Below the pieces are notes generated by a model. It made no database searches, was not told the origin of the DNA, and saw only the letters and a program-made list of their open reading frames with translations. A DNA stretch of 64,000 nucleotides from Eledone cirrhosa (Eukaryota). Position 1 is the first letter of the stretch. Each line of letters starts with the position of its first letter. The position numbers and the translations under genes are program-made. The DNA lies in NCBI GenBank assembly GCA_964016885.1, contig OZ024742.1, forward strand, positions 322,400,001-322,464,000, given 5' to 3'. Below, one piece after another: positions 15,110 through 24,548 of this stretch.

Positions 15110-15335
15110 CTATTCTCAAAGAAACCAGGAGCAGCTTTATCAGGAAAGTAGGGAACCAAGCAAATGAGTGAAATGTTTTTCTTTGCCAAGAAACTGTGGA
15201 TCTGATGCAATGAATTAGACAGGGCATTGTTATTATGCGCTGCCAGTTTTGTGAGGTCCACAGATCCGGACTCTCACACTGAACTACATCACAAAGATGT
15301 TGGCGGACTTCCGGAAAGTACTCCTTTGTAACTGT
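15110..15335 (-). mobile_element. Mariner transposase relic
   Basis: Minus-strand translation TVTKEYFPEVRQHLCDVV..SPDLWTSQNWQ/HNNNA...IHSFLAKKNI resembles the mariner catalytic region (LHHDNAPAH). Confidence 0.7.
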
Positions 15336-15539
15336 ATCCTTCTAGCATGTATTTATGAAACCATACGTAATGAAGAAATAAGCTTTGGTAGTCAAATAAA
15401 AAAAAAAATAATCAGCAACTCCTTGTTTTGCTCAGCACCTGACATTCTGTTTTGGACCTTGGCAATATTGGATGGGTCCACTGGGATTATTAAGATTTGG
15501 TTTGTAGGTCATACTTGTATACTTACATTTCACAAGATA

Positions 15540-15750
15540 AACAAATACTGGAGATTATCTGGCCGCTTCATCTTCGCACTAGTCACCGTCAAGACCTCAG
15601 GCATATTTGGACCCTGCACTGTCGAGCTCCTCCGCAATGTCAGCAGCCCATCTGAGGAAGGAGCCCCACGAGGGGCCACCCCGGCTGTTGCAGCAGGTAT
15701 CGCTGGCCAATGTCCGCGGGAATGCTTTTGTGGTTTGCCCGCAGCCCCAT
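15540..15750 (+). mobile_element. CRE-like (restriction-like endonuclease) non-LTR retrotransposon C-terminal relic
   Basis: GC-rich island translating KYWRLSGRFIFALVTVKTSGIFGPCTVELLRNV and, after a frameshift, EP..RLLQQVSLANVRGNA. Resembles the CRE C-terminus ET.G..GP...QRLS.A..RGNA. Confidence 0.65.
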
Positions 15751-16287
15751 TACTGCTGCCCCCTAGGCGCAGAGGGAGTCTGCCAAAAAGCATGAATGTA
15801 TGTGACTCCACTCTACATGTTATAGTTTCCATAACGACATTACTTCCCACAGGAAAAAGAAGAGTTGGATTCTTTTTCAACAGACCTTGCATTCATGATT
15901 TGTTTGAATGGTCAAGGATGCAGAATCAATTAAGTGTCTGTAAGCTAAAGATGCTCTTACTGTCCACCTTGTCAAACTATATGTTCTTTACAGAAATGCT
16001 TAGATCATGTGTATGCAATATATACCCTCACATATTCACACAGACACACATACACATGGACACACACACACACGTGCATGTACATATATATATGTGTGTG
16101 TGTGTGTGTGTGTATACATATATATGTATATAATTAATTAGAGTATGTGTTAGTTAATCACCGACACTTCAGTATGCAGGATAGAGCACAGGACAAAGTA
16201 CGCATGTGGGTCTGTTTACTCAGGAGTATATCTATAAACATGAAATACAAGTCAACAGGTTAAAATTAACTTTGTTTATTCATAATC

Positions 16288-16346
16288 GCTGTTATATATA
16301 TTTCAATGATAACTGTTATACAACAGTTATGACCTCATCAGACAGC
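16288..16346 (-). ncRNA. Type I hammerhead ribozyme motif (family H2)
   Basis: gctgt-CTGATGA-ggtc ataactgtt gtat aacagttat catt-GAAA-tatata-TA^acagc: perfect 5-bp stem I, long stem II, palindromic stem III. Confidence 0.75.
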
Positions 16347-16556
16347 TAGAAGTTGAACAGAAATAGACAGAAAAACAAAAAGAAGAAATAAAGCTTACTT
16401 CTGTTGTTTCAATTCATTGATATGCTCTGGGCTGATGTTTGGTGTTGGTCTCTCAAAGCACCGGTAACATGTGTTACCCTTCTTCAGGAGTACAAAAATA
16501 GAGACAAAATCACAAAGGATAGATACGAAAAATAAAAGATATATATATATATATAT

Positions 16557-16820
16557 CATCATCATCACCGTTTTACGTCCGTTCTTCCACGCTAGCATGG
16601 GTTAGACGGGTTGTCCTGTTGTGGGCAGTGTCTGGTCGGCTGACCATGCCTTGCTCATACAGGAACTGATCTGGCTTGATTTCTACAGCTGGATGCCCTT
16701 CCTAACACCAACCTCATTTACAGTGAGTGCTGGGTGCTTTTTCGTGGCGCCTACACGTCCACTTTACAGTGTGGGCTGGGTGCTTTTTTGCCGTGGCACC
16801 TCCACGACCACCTTGCGGTG

Positions 16821-16823
<3 letters not shown>
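16557..16823 (-). mobile_element. RTE subfamily B 3'UTR-only insertion in (TA)n
   Basis: Appears identical to the reverse complement of about 22843-23107; (CAT)n tail on the + strand. Confidence 0.9.
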
Positions 16824-16857
<34 letters not shown>

Positions 16858-16861
<4 letters not shown>

Positions 16862-16973
16862 ATAGTCAGGACCCTGGCGGCTGAGCTCTGGCCGTTTTGA
16901 CAACTAGATCCGAACAGTTCGCATCTAGTTGTCGAAATGGCCGGAGCTCAGTCGTCAGGGTCCTGACTCTTTT
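16858..16973. repeat. GC-rich hairpin (about 53-bp arms) with partial hammerhead-like motifs
   Basis: agtcaggaccctggcggctgagctctggccgttttgacaactagat versus atctagttgtcgaaatggccggagctcagtcgtcagggtcctgact. Confidence 0.8.
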
Positions 16974-17147
16974 CCTATTACCCACGCTACTACCCTAAGT
17001 ATTGAGTACGCTGATGCGTTATGGTCCACCTGCTATCTTACCACACCCTTTTGTTATATATATATATATATATAGTTGAAAATGAACGAACTAAACACAG
17101 GAGGCATTTCTACACAGTTATATTAGGATCACGCTTGGTGGAAGTGG

Positions 17148-17198
<51 letters not shown>

Positions 17199-17206
<8 letters not shown>

Positions 17207-17560
17207 AAAAAAGATCAAATCGAAAATGCAACTGGAGTCTTTTTTTTTTTAAATATATTTATTTGGTTCCTTTACCGGTTTCACAGTTCTTGTACTTTTC
17301 AAAAGTAGAATTGAGATGGAGGGTTTGTGGTTTTTCTCGCATCTGGTTGGTGTTAGAATGTTACTTCTGTTTTATATAGAAAAAAGTGGCTCGAAATGCT
17401 AGGGTTTTAGAGAAGTAATTTGGTTGGTTGATGACTGTCATGTGAATAAGTATAATAAAGTTCATGCGAAGAACTGCGAAACCGGTAAAGGAACCAAATA
17501 AATATATTTAAAAAAAAAAAGACTCCAGTTGCATTTTCGATTTCATCTTTTTTCCTTATA
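17199..17560. repeat. Inverted-repeat element (about 90-bp arms, about 180-bp spacer) with a degenerate hammerhead half GAAAccggTA
   Basis: Arms 17199-17290 and 17470-17560 are reverse complements; left end abuts (TA)n. Confidence 0.8.
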
Positions 17561-17974
17561 CTTTCACTCATGTAGGACACCTCATTTTTTTTTCATTTTG
17601 TAAAAAAACCTATATATATATAGATAGTCCAAACCCATGCAAGCGTGGAAGATGGACGTTAAACGATGATGATGATGATGATAGTGGGAGAAAGCCTCCC
17701 AATATATTTTTAGTTATAAACATAGTATATGCTTTCATACACACACCTTTTATGCTTAAACACTGTCTTAGTGCTACTGCCAATACACGCATGCACGCAC
17801 ACACACACACACACATATATATATATGCGTTAGGAAGAGCACCCAACCAAAATCAGTTCTGTGTGAGCAAAACATGGTTCTTTGACCTGGATCTCTCACA
17901 ACGGGACAGCCCATCCTACCCATGCTAGCATGGAAAATGGACGTTAAATGATGATGATGATATATATAAATAAT

Positions 17975-18252
17975 AATTGTATCTACTTTTGACACAAGGC
18001 CAGCAATTACCCAGTACATTACTGGTACTTTATTTTATCGACCCCGAAAGGATGAAAGGCAAAGTTAACCTCAACGGGATTTGAACTCAGACTGTAAAGG
18101 GATGTAACTATGCTGGAAAGCATGGCGTCTGACCCTCTACCGATACTGCCAATTCACCCATGCATATATATATAAATAATAATTGTTTCTACTTTAGGCA
18201 CAAGGCCAGCAATTACCCAGTGCATTATTGGTACTTTATTTTATCAACCCCG
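17975..18252 (-). mobile_element. SINE family 2, full copy plus duplicated 3' part
   Basis: Reverse complement of the consensus seen at 34456-34645. Confidence 0.85.
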
Positions 18253-18510
18253 ATAATGATAGGTATAAATCGAAGTTGTAGCTGCTGTATAGCAGATACC
18301 AATATATATATATGTATATGTATTTAGACAATTCTATAAGTTGATAATACAATAGTAAGGCATTCAGATGATTATTTAAATAATATATGTAGAGAATGAA
18401 ACATGTGTAGATCAAATAATGTATTAACTGTTGAACCTTGGTGATCTATTTTTTCTTGTTATGTATATATGTATATATAGGTATGTGTATGTGTCTGTAT
18501 TTGTGTATAT

Positions 18511-18857
18511 CATCATCATCATCATCATCATCATTTTACGTCCACTTTTCCCTGCTTGCAAGGGTGGGACGGGAACTGATTCTGGCTTGATTTCTACAGC
18601 TGGATGCCCTTCCTAACATCAACCTCATTTACAGTGAGTGCTGGGTGCTTTTTTGCCGTGGCACCTCCACGACCACTTTGCAGTGGAATGATATGGACCC
18701 CAGTCCCTATCATCTCATTTCTACAGCTGAGTAAACTGGAGCAATGTGAAATAAAGTGTCTTGCTCAAGGAAACAACACATCACCCGGTCTGAGAATTGA
18801 ACTCACAACCTTTCGATTGCAAGGCCAATGCTCTAACCACTAAGCCATGTGCCTCCA
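18511..18857 (-). mobile_element. SINE family 1, full length (tRNA head plus RTE-derived 3' tail)
   Basis: A/B-box head at the right end. The 3' half matches the RTE-B 3'UTR (AGGAAGGGCATCCAGCTGTAGAAATCAAGCC). (GAT)n tail. Confidence 0.88.
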
Positions 18858-18929
18858 TATATATGTGTATATATAATATGTGGATCCCGAGTAACCTCTG
18901 TTAGAAAGGGTACTTGGTGCATTGATGGA

Positions 18930-19115
18930 GTGTGGTGGATTGGCAGTAGAGGGTAGGATGCCATGCTGTGATGCATAGAGTTACGGCCCTTGTCATTCTG
19001 AGTTCAAATCCTGCCGAGGCTAACTTCGCCTTTCATCATTACGGGATCGATAAAATAAAGTACCAGTAATGCACTGGGTTATTGCTGGCCTTGTGCCTAA
19101 AGTAGAAACAATTAT
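18930..19115 (+). mobile_element. SINE family 2
   Basis: GGTGGATTGGCAGTAG...GAGTTCAAATCC...GCCTTTCATC...GGCCTTGTGCCTAAAGTAGAAAC. Confidence 0.85.
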
Positions 19116-19139
19116 TTAATATAGAAATGTCAGGTGACA

Positions 19140-19186
19140 TTCCTGATGATTTCATACGAATGAAACAGTTCTAGTCCTGTAGAAGC
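19140..19186 (+). ncRNA. Type I hammerhead motif (family H1)
   Basis: ttc-CTGATGA-t ttc atac gaa t-GAAA-cag ttctagtc ctg-TA^gaa. Intact core, short stems, followed by (TA)n. Confidence 0.6.
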
Positions 19187-19208
19187 TATATATATATATA
19201 TATATATA

Positions 19209-19314
19209 CAGACCTGTCAATCTGATGGGGAGATCTGCGACCTGCTTTAGGGTGGGTGAGTGATGTCTTTTTTTTTCATAGTACTCCCCATTTGGCTTTT
19301 TAGAGGTTGGCAGG

Positions 19315-19318
<4 letters not shown>
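19209..19318. mobile_element. Small MITE (CAG...CTG ends, hAT-like) inside (TA)n
   Basis: Terminal inverted repeats CAGACCTGTCAATCT / AGGTTGGCAGGTCTG. Confidence 0.65.
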
Positions 19319-19349
<31 letters not shown>

Positions 19350-19452
19350 GGATATGTGTTCCTACACGCACAAAGCGCTAAGGGACACATGTATTATCCA
19401 ACCATATGCCAATGTGGTTCAATGACAGGTTAATAAATTAACGAGCCAGAAC

Positions 19453-19595
19453 ATATATAATCAGGTTTAGCAAATAATGAAAAAGTTTCAAAATAAATTT
19501 TAAAAAATTGACTTTACTTACTGAAGGTAACTATAGTAAGTAAAGTCAATTTTTTAAAATTTATTTTGAAACTTTTTCATTATTTGCTAAACCTG

Positions 19596-19604
<9 letters not shown>
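19453..19604. repeat. Perfect AT-rich palindrome, 70-bp arms, 12-nt loop
   Basis: Arms 19453-19522 and 19535-19604 are reverse complements. Confidence 0.92.
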
Positions 19605-19658
<54 letters not shown>

Positions 19659-19734
19659 TGAAATAAAATGAAAACGAAATTTCATTTCTCACTCTTAGTA
19701 TGGCACTTACTTTCAACTATCTGGCAGATGGGTA

Positions 19735-19779
19735 AACGGTGCTGATGATAGCTAACAAGCTTGAAACTAGTACATCGTT
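19735..19779 (+). ncRNA. Type I hammerhead ribozyme motif, copy 1 (H3)
   Basis: aacggtg-CTGATGA-t agct aaca agct t-GAAA-ctag-TA^catcgtt. 7-bp stem I; predicted cut after A19772. Confidence 0.8.
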
Positions 19780-19934
19780 CCTGTGTCAGTGTTGAACAAA
19801 AAGGTGACGTGGTTGCCTTAACACCGTATGGCATAAATTCAGGCTGTTCAGTTTGTTTACAAACGAACAAAGCGGCATTATAATAAGCGTCCGCTAAACT
19901 GATATGTATGTGTACCTGTATGCATATATATGTA

Positions 19935-19976
<42 letters not shown>

Positions 19977-20211
19977 TGCTACTGTACGTCTGTATACATA
20001 TATGTATGTACGTATACATGCATACTTACATTTAAGTAAGTGCCATACTAAGAGTGAGAAATGAAATTTCGTTTTCATTTTATTTCAATTTATCGTTTTC
20101 GGTATGCCTGACCGATTTAACTCACTCAATATGCAAATTAGGCTGCTCAGCCGTTAATTTTCATAAGGAAAGTATATACTTTCGAACGTTCAACTATCTG
20201 GCAGATGGGTA

Positions 20212-20256
20212 AACGGTGCTGATGATAGCTAACAAGCTTGAAACTAGTACATCGTT
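20212..20256 (+). ncRNA. Type I hammerhead ribozyme motif, copy 2 (H3)
   Basis: Identical to copy 1; predicted cut after A20249. Confidence 0.8.
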
Positions 20257-20519
20257 CCTGTGTCAGTGTTGAACAAAAAGGTGACGTGGTTGCCTTAACA
20301 CCGTATGGCATAAATTCAGGCTGTTCAGTTTGTTTATAAACGAACAAAGCGGCGTTATAATAAGCGTCCGCTAAACTGATACGTGCATATATGTATGTGT
20401 ACCTGTATGCATATATATGTATATATGTATATATATATATATATATGCGTGCTACTGTATGTCTGTATACATATATGTATGTACGTATACATGCATACTT
20501 ACATTTATATATATATATA

Positions 20520-21375
20520 CTAGCATTAAAGCCCGGCGTTGCTCGGAGTCAGTAAGTTACCAAAGTTAGGTTGCACAACCCATTTTATAGCAGCACTTTT
20601 TTCTCTGCCAGGCACAGGGTGAATGAATTGCAGACCTGGACCGCCGATGCAGGAGCTGCGCCAGCAGTGACAATTGTAGTTTCGCCTATGGATATTATCT
20701 CTGTGCAAAGAAGTGTTGAAATTTATTGTTTCACAGTACTTGCGTAACATGCGCGTAGACGATGCCAGCCGAAGAACAGAGCTGCGATGGAGTTGTTCTG
20801 CATGGTTGTCTAATGTGTGTTTTCTAAATTTAAGACAGTAGGGAGGGGTGTGATATGGGGGAGAGTTAGCTGCTGTTTCTAGCAGGTTTAGTGACCTCAT
20901 AGAGGATATTATTGTGTATAGTAAATAAACTGATACTTCTTTCTTCCACGTTCATTGAGAGATGTTTTAAAAAAGATTTATCGCTATTTTTTTGTTGTTG
21001 TTGAATAAATTTATCTGTTGCTTTTGAATAATTTAAAAAGGTTGTGAGTTCAATTCTCAGACCGGGTGATGTGTTGTTTCCTTGAGCAAGACACTTTATT
21101 TTACATTACTCCAGTTTACTCAGCTGTAGAAATGAGATGATAGGGACTGGGGTCCATATCATTCCACTGCAAAGTGGTTGTGGAGGTGCCATGGCAAAAA
21201 AACACCCAGCCCACACTGTAAAGTGGACGTTAGGCGCCACGGCAAAAAAGCACCCAGCACTCACTGTAAATGAGGTTGGTATTAGGAAGTGCATCCAGCT
21301 GTAGAAATCAAGCCAGAATCAGTTCCCGTCCCACCCTTGCAAGCTATGCTATTTATATATATATATATATATAGA
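20520..21375 (-). mobile_element. Probable non-autonomous Helitron interrupted by a SINE
   Basis: Minus-strand 3' end CCGAGCAACGCCGG hairpin followed by GCTTTAATG-CTAG|T. Candidate 5' TCTATATATA at 21375 is uncertain. Confidence 0.5.
21040..21343 (+). mobile_element. SINE family 1, 5'-truncated
   Basis: B-box GAGTTCAATTCTC, body and RTE-like tail as in 18511-18857. Confidence 0.85.
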
Positions 21376-21410
21376 GGATAACAAGATATTGTTATAGGTA
21401 ATCCAATTAG

Positions 21411-23107
21411 AGGTCATGAAAGTAACAGAAAGAGTTATAACACAGCTGATTAGGGACCGGGTGAAAATAGACGAGATGCAATTTGGGTTTGTACCAGGAA
21501 GAGGCACCACTGATGCCCTCTTCCTTGTGAGGCAATTACAGGAAAAGTACCTAGCTAAAAGTAAGCCACTCTACTTGGCATTTGTCGACCTTGAGAAAGC
21601 CTTTGACAGAGTTCCACGTGTTGTAATCTGGTGGGCTCTTAGAAAACTAGGAGTAGATGAATGGCTTGTGAAAGCGGTACAAGCCATGTATAGGGGAGCA
21701 GTCAGCAAAGTTAGGATTAGCAATGAGTATAGCGAGGAATTTAGCGTACAGGTTGGGGTCCACCAGGGCTCTGTTCTTAGCCCTCTCCTGTTCATAGTCC
21801 TGCAGGCAATAACGGAGGAGTTTAAGACCGGATGCCCATGGCAACTCCTGTATGCTGATGACCTCGCACTCATAGCTGAATCTATGGTAGAACTAGAGAA
21901 TAAATTCCAAACCTGGAAGCAGGGACTAGAAAGAAAGGGTCTCAAAGTCAACATGACAAAGACTAAGGTCCTTGTAAGTAGACGAGAAAACAGAACCCAG
22001 ATCCCCTCAGGGAAATGGCCTTGCTCAGTATGTAGAAAAGGTGTAGGTAGGAACTCCATTCTCTGCCCCAAATGCAAACAATGGGTACACAAGAGATGTA
22101 GTGGGATCTCAGGAAGCTTAATTAAGAATGTAGGATTCACATGCAGCAGCTGTGCTGAAACAGCAAGCAGCAAACAGCCACAGGAAACAAGTACCACCAA
22201 TCTCTGGGAGGGCCCTGTAGAAACAGTAGACAGCTTCTGCTACCTAGGTGACCGAATTAGCAACGGAGGTGGGTGTTCAGAAAGTACAATAACTAGGGTA
22301 AGAACGGGATGGAAGAAGTTTAGGGAACTACTACCACTGCTAGCTGCAAAAGGCTTCTCCCTCAGAATGAAAGGCAGACTGTATGATGCGTGTATCCGAA
22401 CAGCGATGTTGCATGGTAGTGAGACCTGGGCGCTGAAGGTGGAAGACTTACGTAGATTAGAGAGAAACGAAGCCTGCATGCTCCGATGGATGTGTAACAG
22501 TAATATACGTGAACGACAAAGCATAAATGAATTGAGAGAGAGACTGAGTATAAGAGGAATCAAATGCTGTGTGCAGGAGAGGCGGTTGCGCTGGTATGGA
22601 CATGTGATGCGTATGAAGGATGACAGCTGCATAAAAAGGTGCAGAGCACTAGAAGTTGATGGGAACCGCGGAGTGGGGAGACCCAAGATGACCTGGGATG
22701 AGGTGATAAAAGCCGACCTTACCCAATTACACCTCTCAAAGACAATGACACACGACCGTGACTTCTGGCGTCACGCAGTAATACAGAGTACCCGACCTCC
22801 CATGGGTACAAGCTGAAGCAATATAAACAATATGCCCCACACCCCCCACCGCAAGGTGGTCGTGGAGGTGCCACGGCAAAAAAGCACCCAGCCCACACTG
22901 TAAAGTGGACGTGTAGGCGCCACGAAAAAGCACCCAGCACTCACTGTAAATGAGGTTGGTGTTAGGAAGGGCATCCAGCTGTAGAAATCAAGCCAGATCA
23001 GTTCCTGTATGAGCAAGGCATGGTCAGCCGACCAGACACTGCCCACAACAGGACAACCCGTCTAACCCATGCTAGCGTGGAAGAACGGACGTAAAACGGT
23101 GATGATG
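21411..23107 (+). mobile_element. RTE LINE subfamily B, 5'-truncated, uninterrupted 466-aa RT ORF (21416-22816)
   Basis: RT motifs QFGF, FVDLEKAFDRV, GVHQGSVLSP, YADD and FCYLG; 3'UTR; (GAT)n tail. Confidence 0.95.
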
Positions 23108-23654
23108 ACACACAGAAATATACGGGCATATCTCTGTTTGTCTGTCTGTCTGTCTGTCTGTCCTTCCCTAAAACTCAAATGTAGGTGCTACAGAAATATT
23201 ACCTTCCCCTTCCTTTCTCCACTTTGGTACTACCAAGAGAAACACTGTCGCTATAGAAACATTACCCTCCCCTCTCCACTGACTTTGGTCACTGAGGCCG
23301 AGGGAATCGCTGGTTGCTATAGAGACACCTTGCACAAGCCAGAAATAACCAGTTCGAGGCGGTTCTGACTTGACACCATGCCAAAGACCATTTGAAGATA
23401 TATTTCCATCGTTATATCATCATAACGTTTATATTTCCGTGACTAATCTCTTTTTCTCCTTTTTCGTTTTAACATATACTTATTTCAAAGATTTCACCGT
23501 ATAGATAACATATATATTTATACATGCATAAAAGAGACACCGAGAGACGGTGAACATGTGGTGCCGAAAACATTTCTCATCCAAATCTCAACAATATCAG
23601 TATATACACTAGATTTGCTAGCAGAAAACCGCCCACCGGGTGGTTTTCTGCTAG
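23108..23654 (+). mobile_element. Helitron-like element, 5' end not visible
   Basis: (TCTG)n plus CCCTAAAACTC head similar to the downstream units. Ends in the 37-nt hairpin CTAGCAGAAAACCGCCC-ACC-GGGTGGTTTTCTGCTAG. Confidence 0.55.
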
Positions 23655-24548
23655 TCTATATATATAAAACTGAGGATGTCTGTGTGTGTGAGTTTGAATC
23701 CCTAAAACTCGAGAACCACCTAACCGATTGTTTTCAAACTTTACACATACAATACTTATGTTTCAGGGAGTGTTCTGAGCAAAACAAATTTCAAATTTTC
23801 AATGCCCTGGGGACCGCATTAGGCGATTTAGCGATCCCTCTCTATAATTCTTAGTCTTTCTCTTTTTAGATAGATACATACATATAACGTTGCGCCCTTA
23901 TAATGTCTGGCTGTCTGCATTGCATCACTTCCCTGAGGATGTCTGTCTGTGTGTGTGTCTGTGAGTTTGAATCCCTAAAACTCGAGAAGTACCCAACCGA
24001 TTTTTTCTAACTTTACATGTGTATTACTTATGTTTCAGGGAGTGTTATGCACATACAAAAATTCAACGTTTTTGATCCCCTAGGTGAAAAACTGTGTCTT
24101 TCAGGTTTTTAGGGGTTTTTTGAGGCGTTACGTCAGACCGATTTCCTTGAAATTGTAACTATGTATTAGTCAGTCTCTTCTTCATACCGTAAGCAAAGAA
24201 AATCCAACTTTTGTATGGCCTCGGGCCCGCATTAGGTGAAAAACTTCCTTTTTTCAGCTTTTTAGGGCTTTTTTGACGCGTTACATCTAGCCGATTTTCC
24301 CGAAATTTCAAGGCATATTAAGCACATAAAAAATATTCATTTTCTTGATCCACTAGGGCCGGCATTAGGTGAAAACCTGCATTTTTCCTGCTTCATCGAG
24401 GAAAATCTTAAAGATTATCCAGCCATCAGAGTATTCGGTTTATTTTCTTTACATATTGTCCAGGCATGCAGTTTTTCCACGATTAGGTCTGTTGGCGGCC
24501 CGCCTTCCAAAATACCTTATCCCATGCAACGCCGGGTACCACTGCTAG
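23655..24548 (+). mobile_element. Non-autonomous Helitron, tandem unit 1
   Basis: Starts TCTATATATATAAAACTGAGG and ends CCCATGCAACGCCGGG-TACCACTG-CTAG. Confidence 0.8.

Larger units (their letters stand above)
19652..20506 (+). mobile_element. Non-coding partial-tandem element with 5' inverted segment and two hammerheads (Penelope pLTR or retrozyme-like; family H3)
   Basis: Direct repeats about 19712-20032 and 20189-20506. Segment 19652-19712 is the inverse of 20033-20093. Flanked by (TA)n. Confidence 0.75.

Noticed and set aside
15297-16133. 278-aa ORF as a host gene
   Set aside because: Mosaic of transposon relics and microsatellite.
18360-18415. Possible hammerhead CAGATGA...GAAACATG
   Set aside because: Core mismatch and no convincing stem I or stem II.
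21571-22686. Antisense ORFs over the RTE copies
   Set aside because: Shadow frames of the RT coding sequence with no independent motifs.
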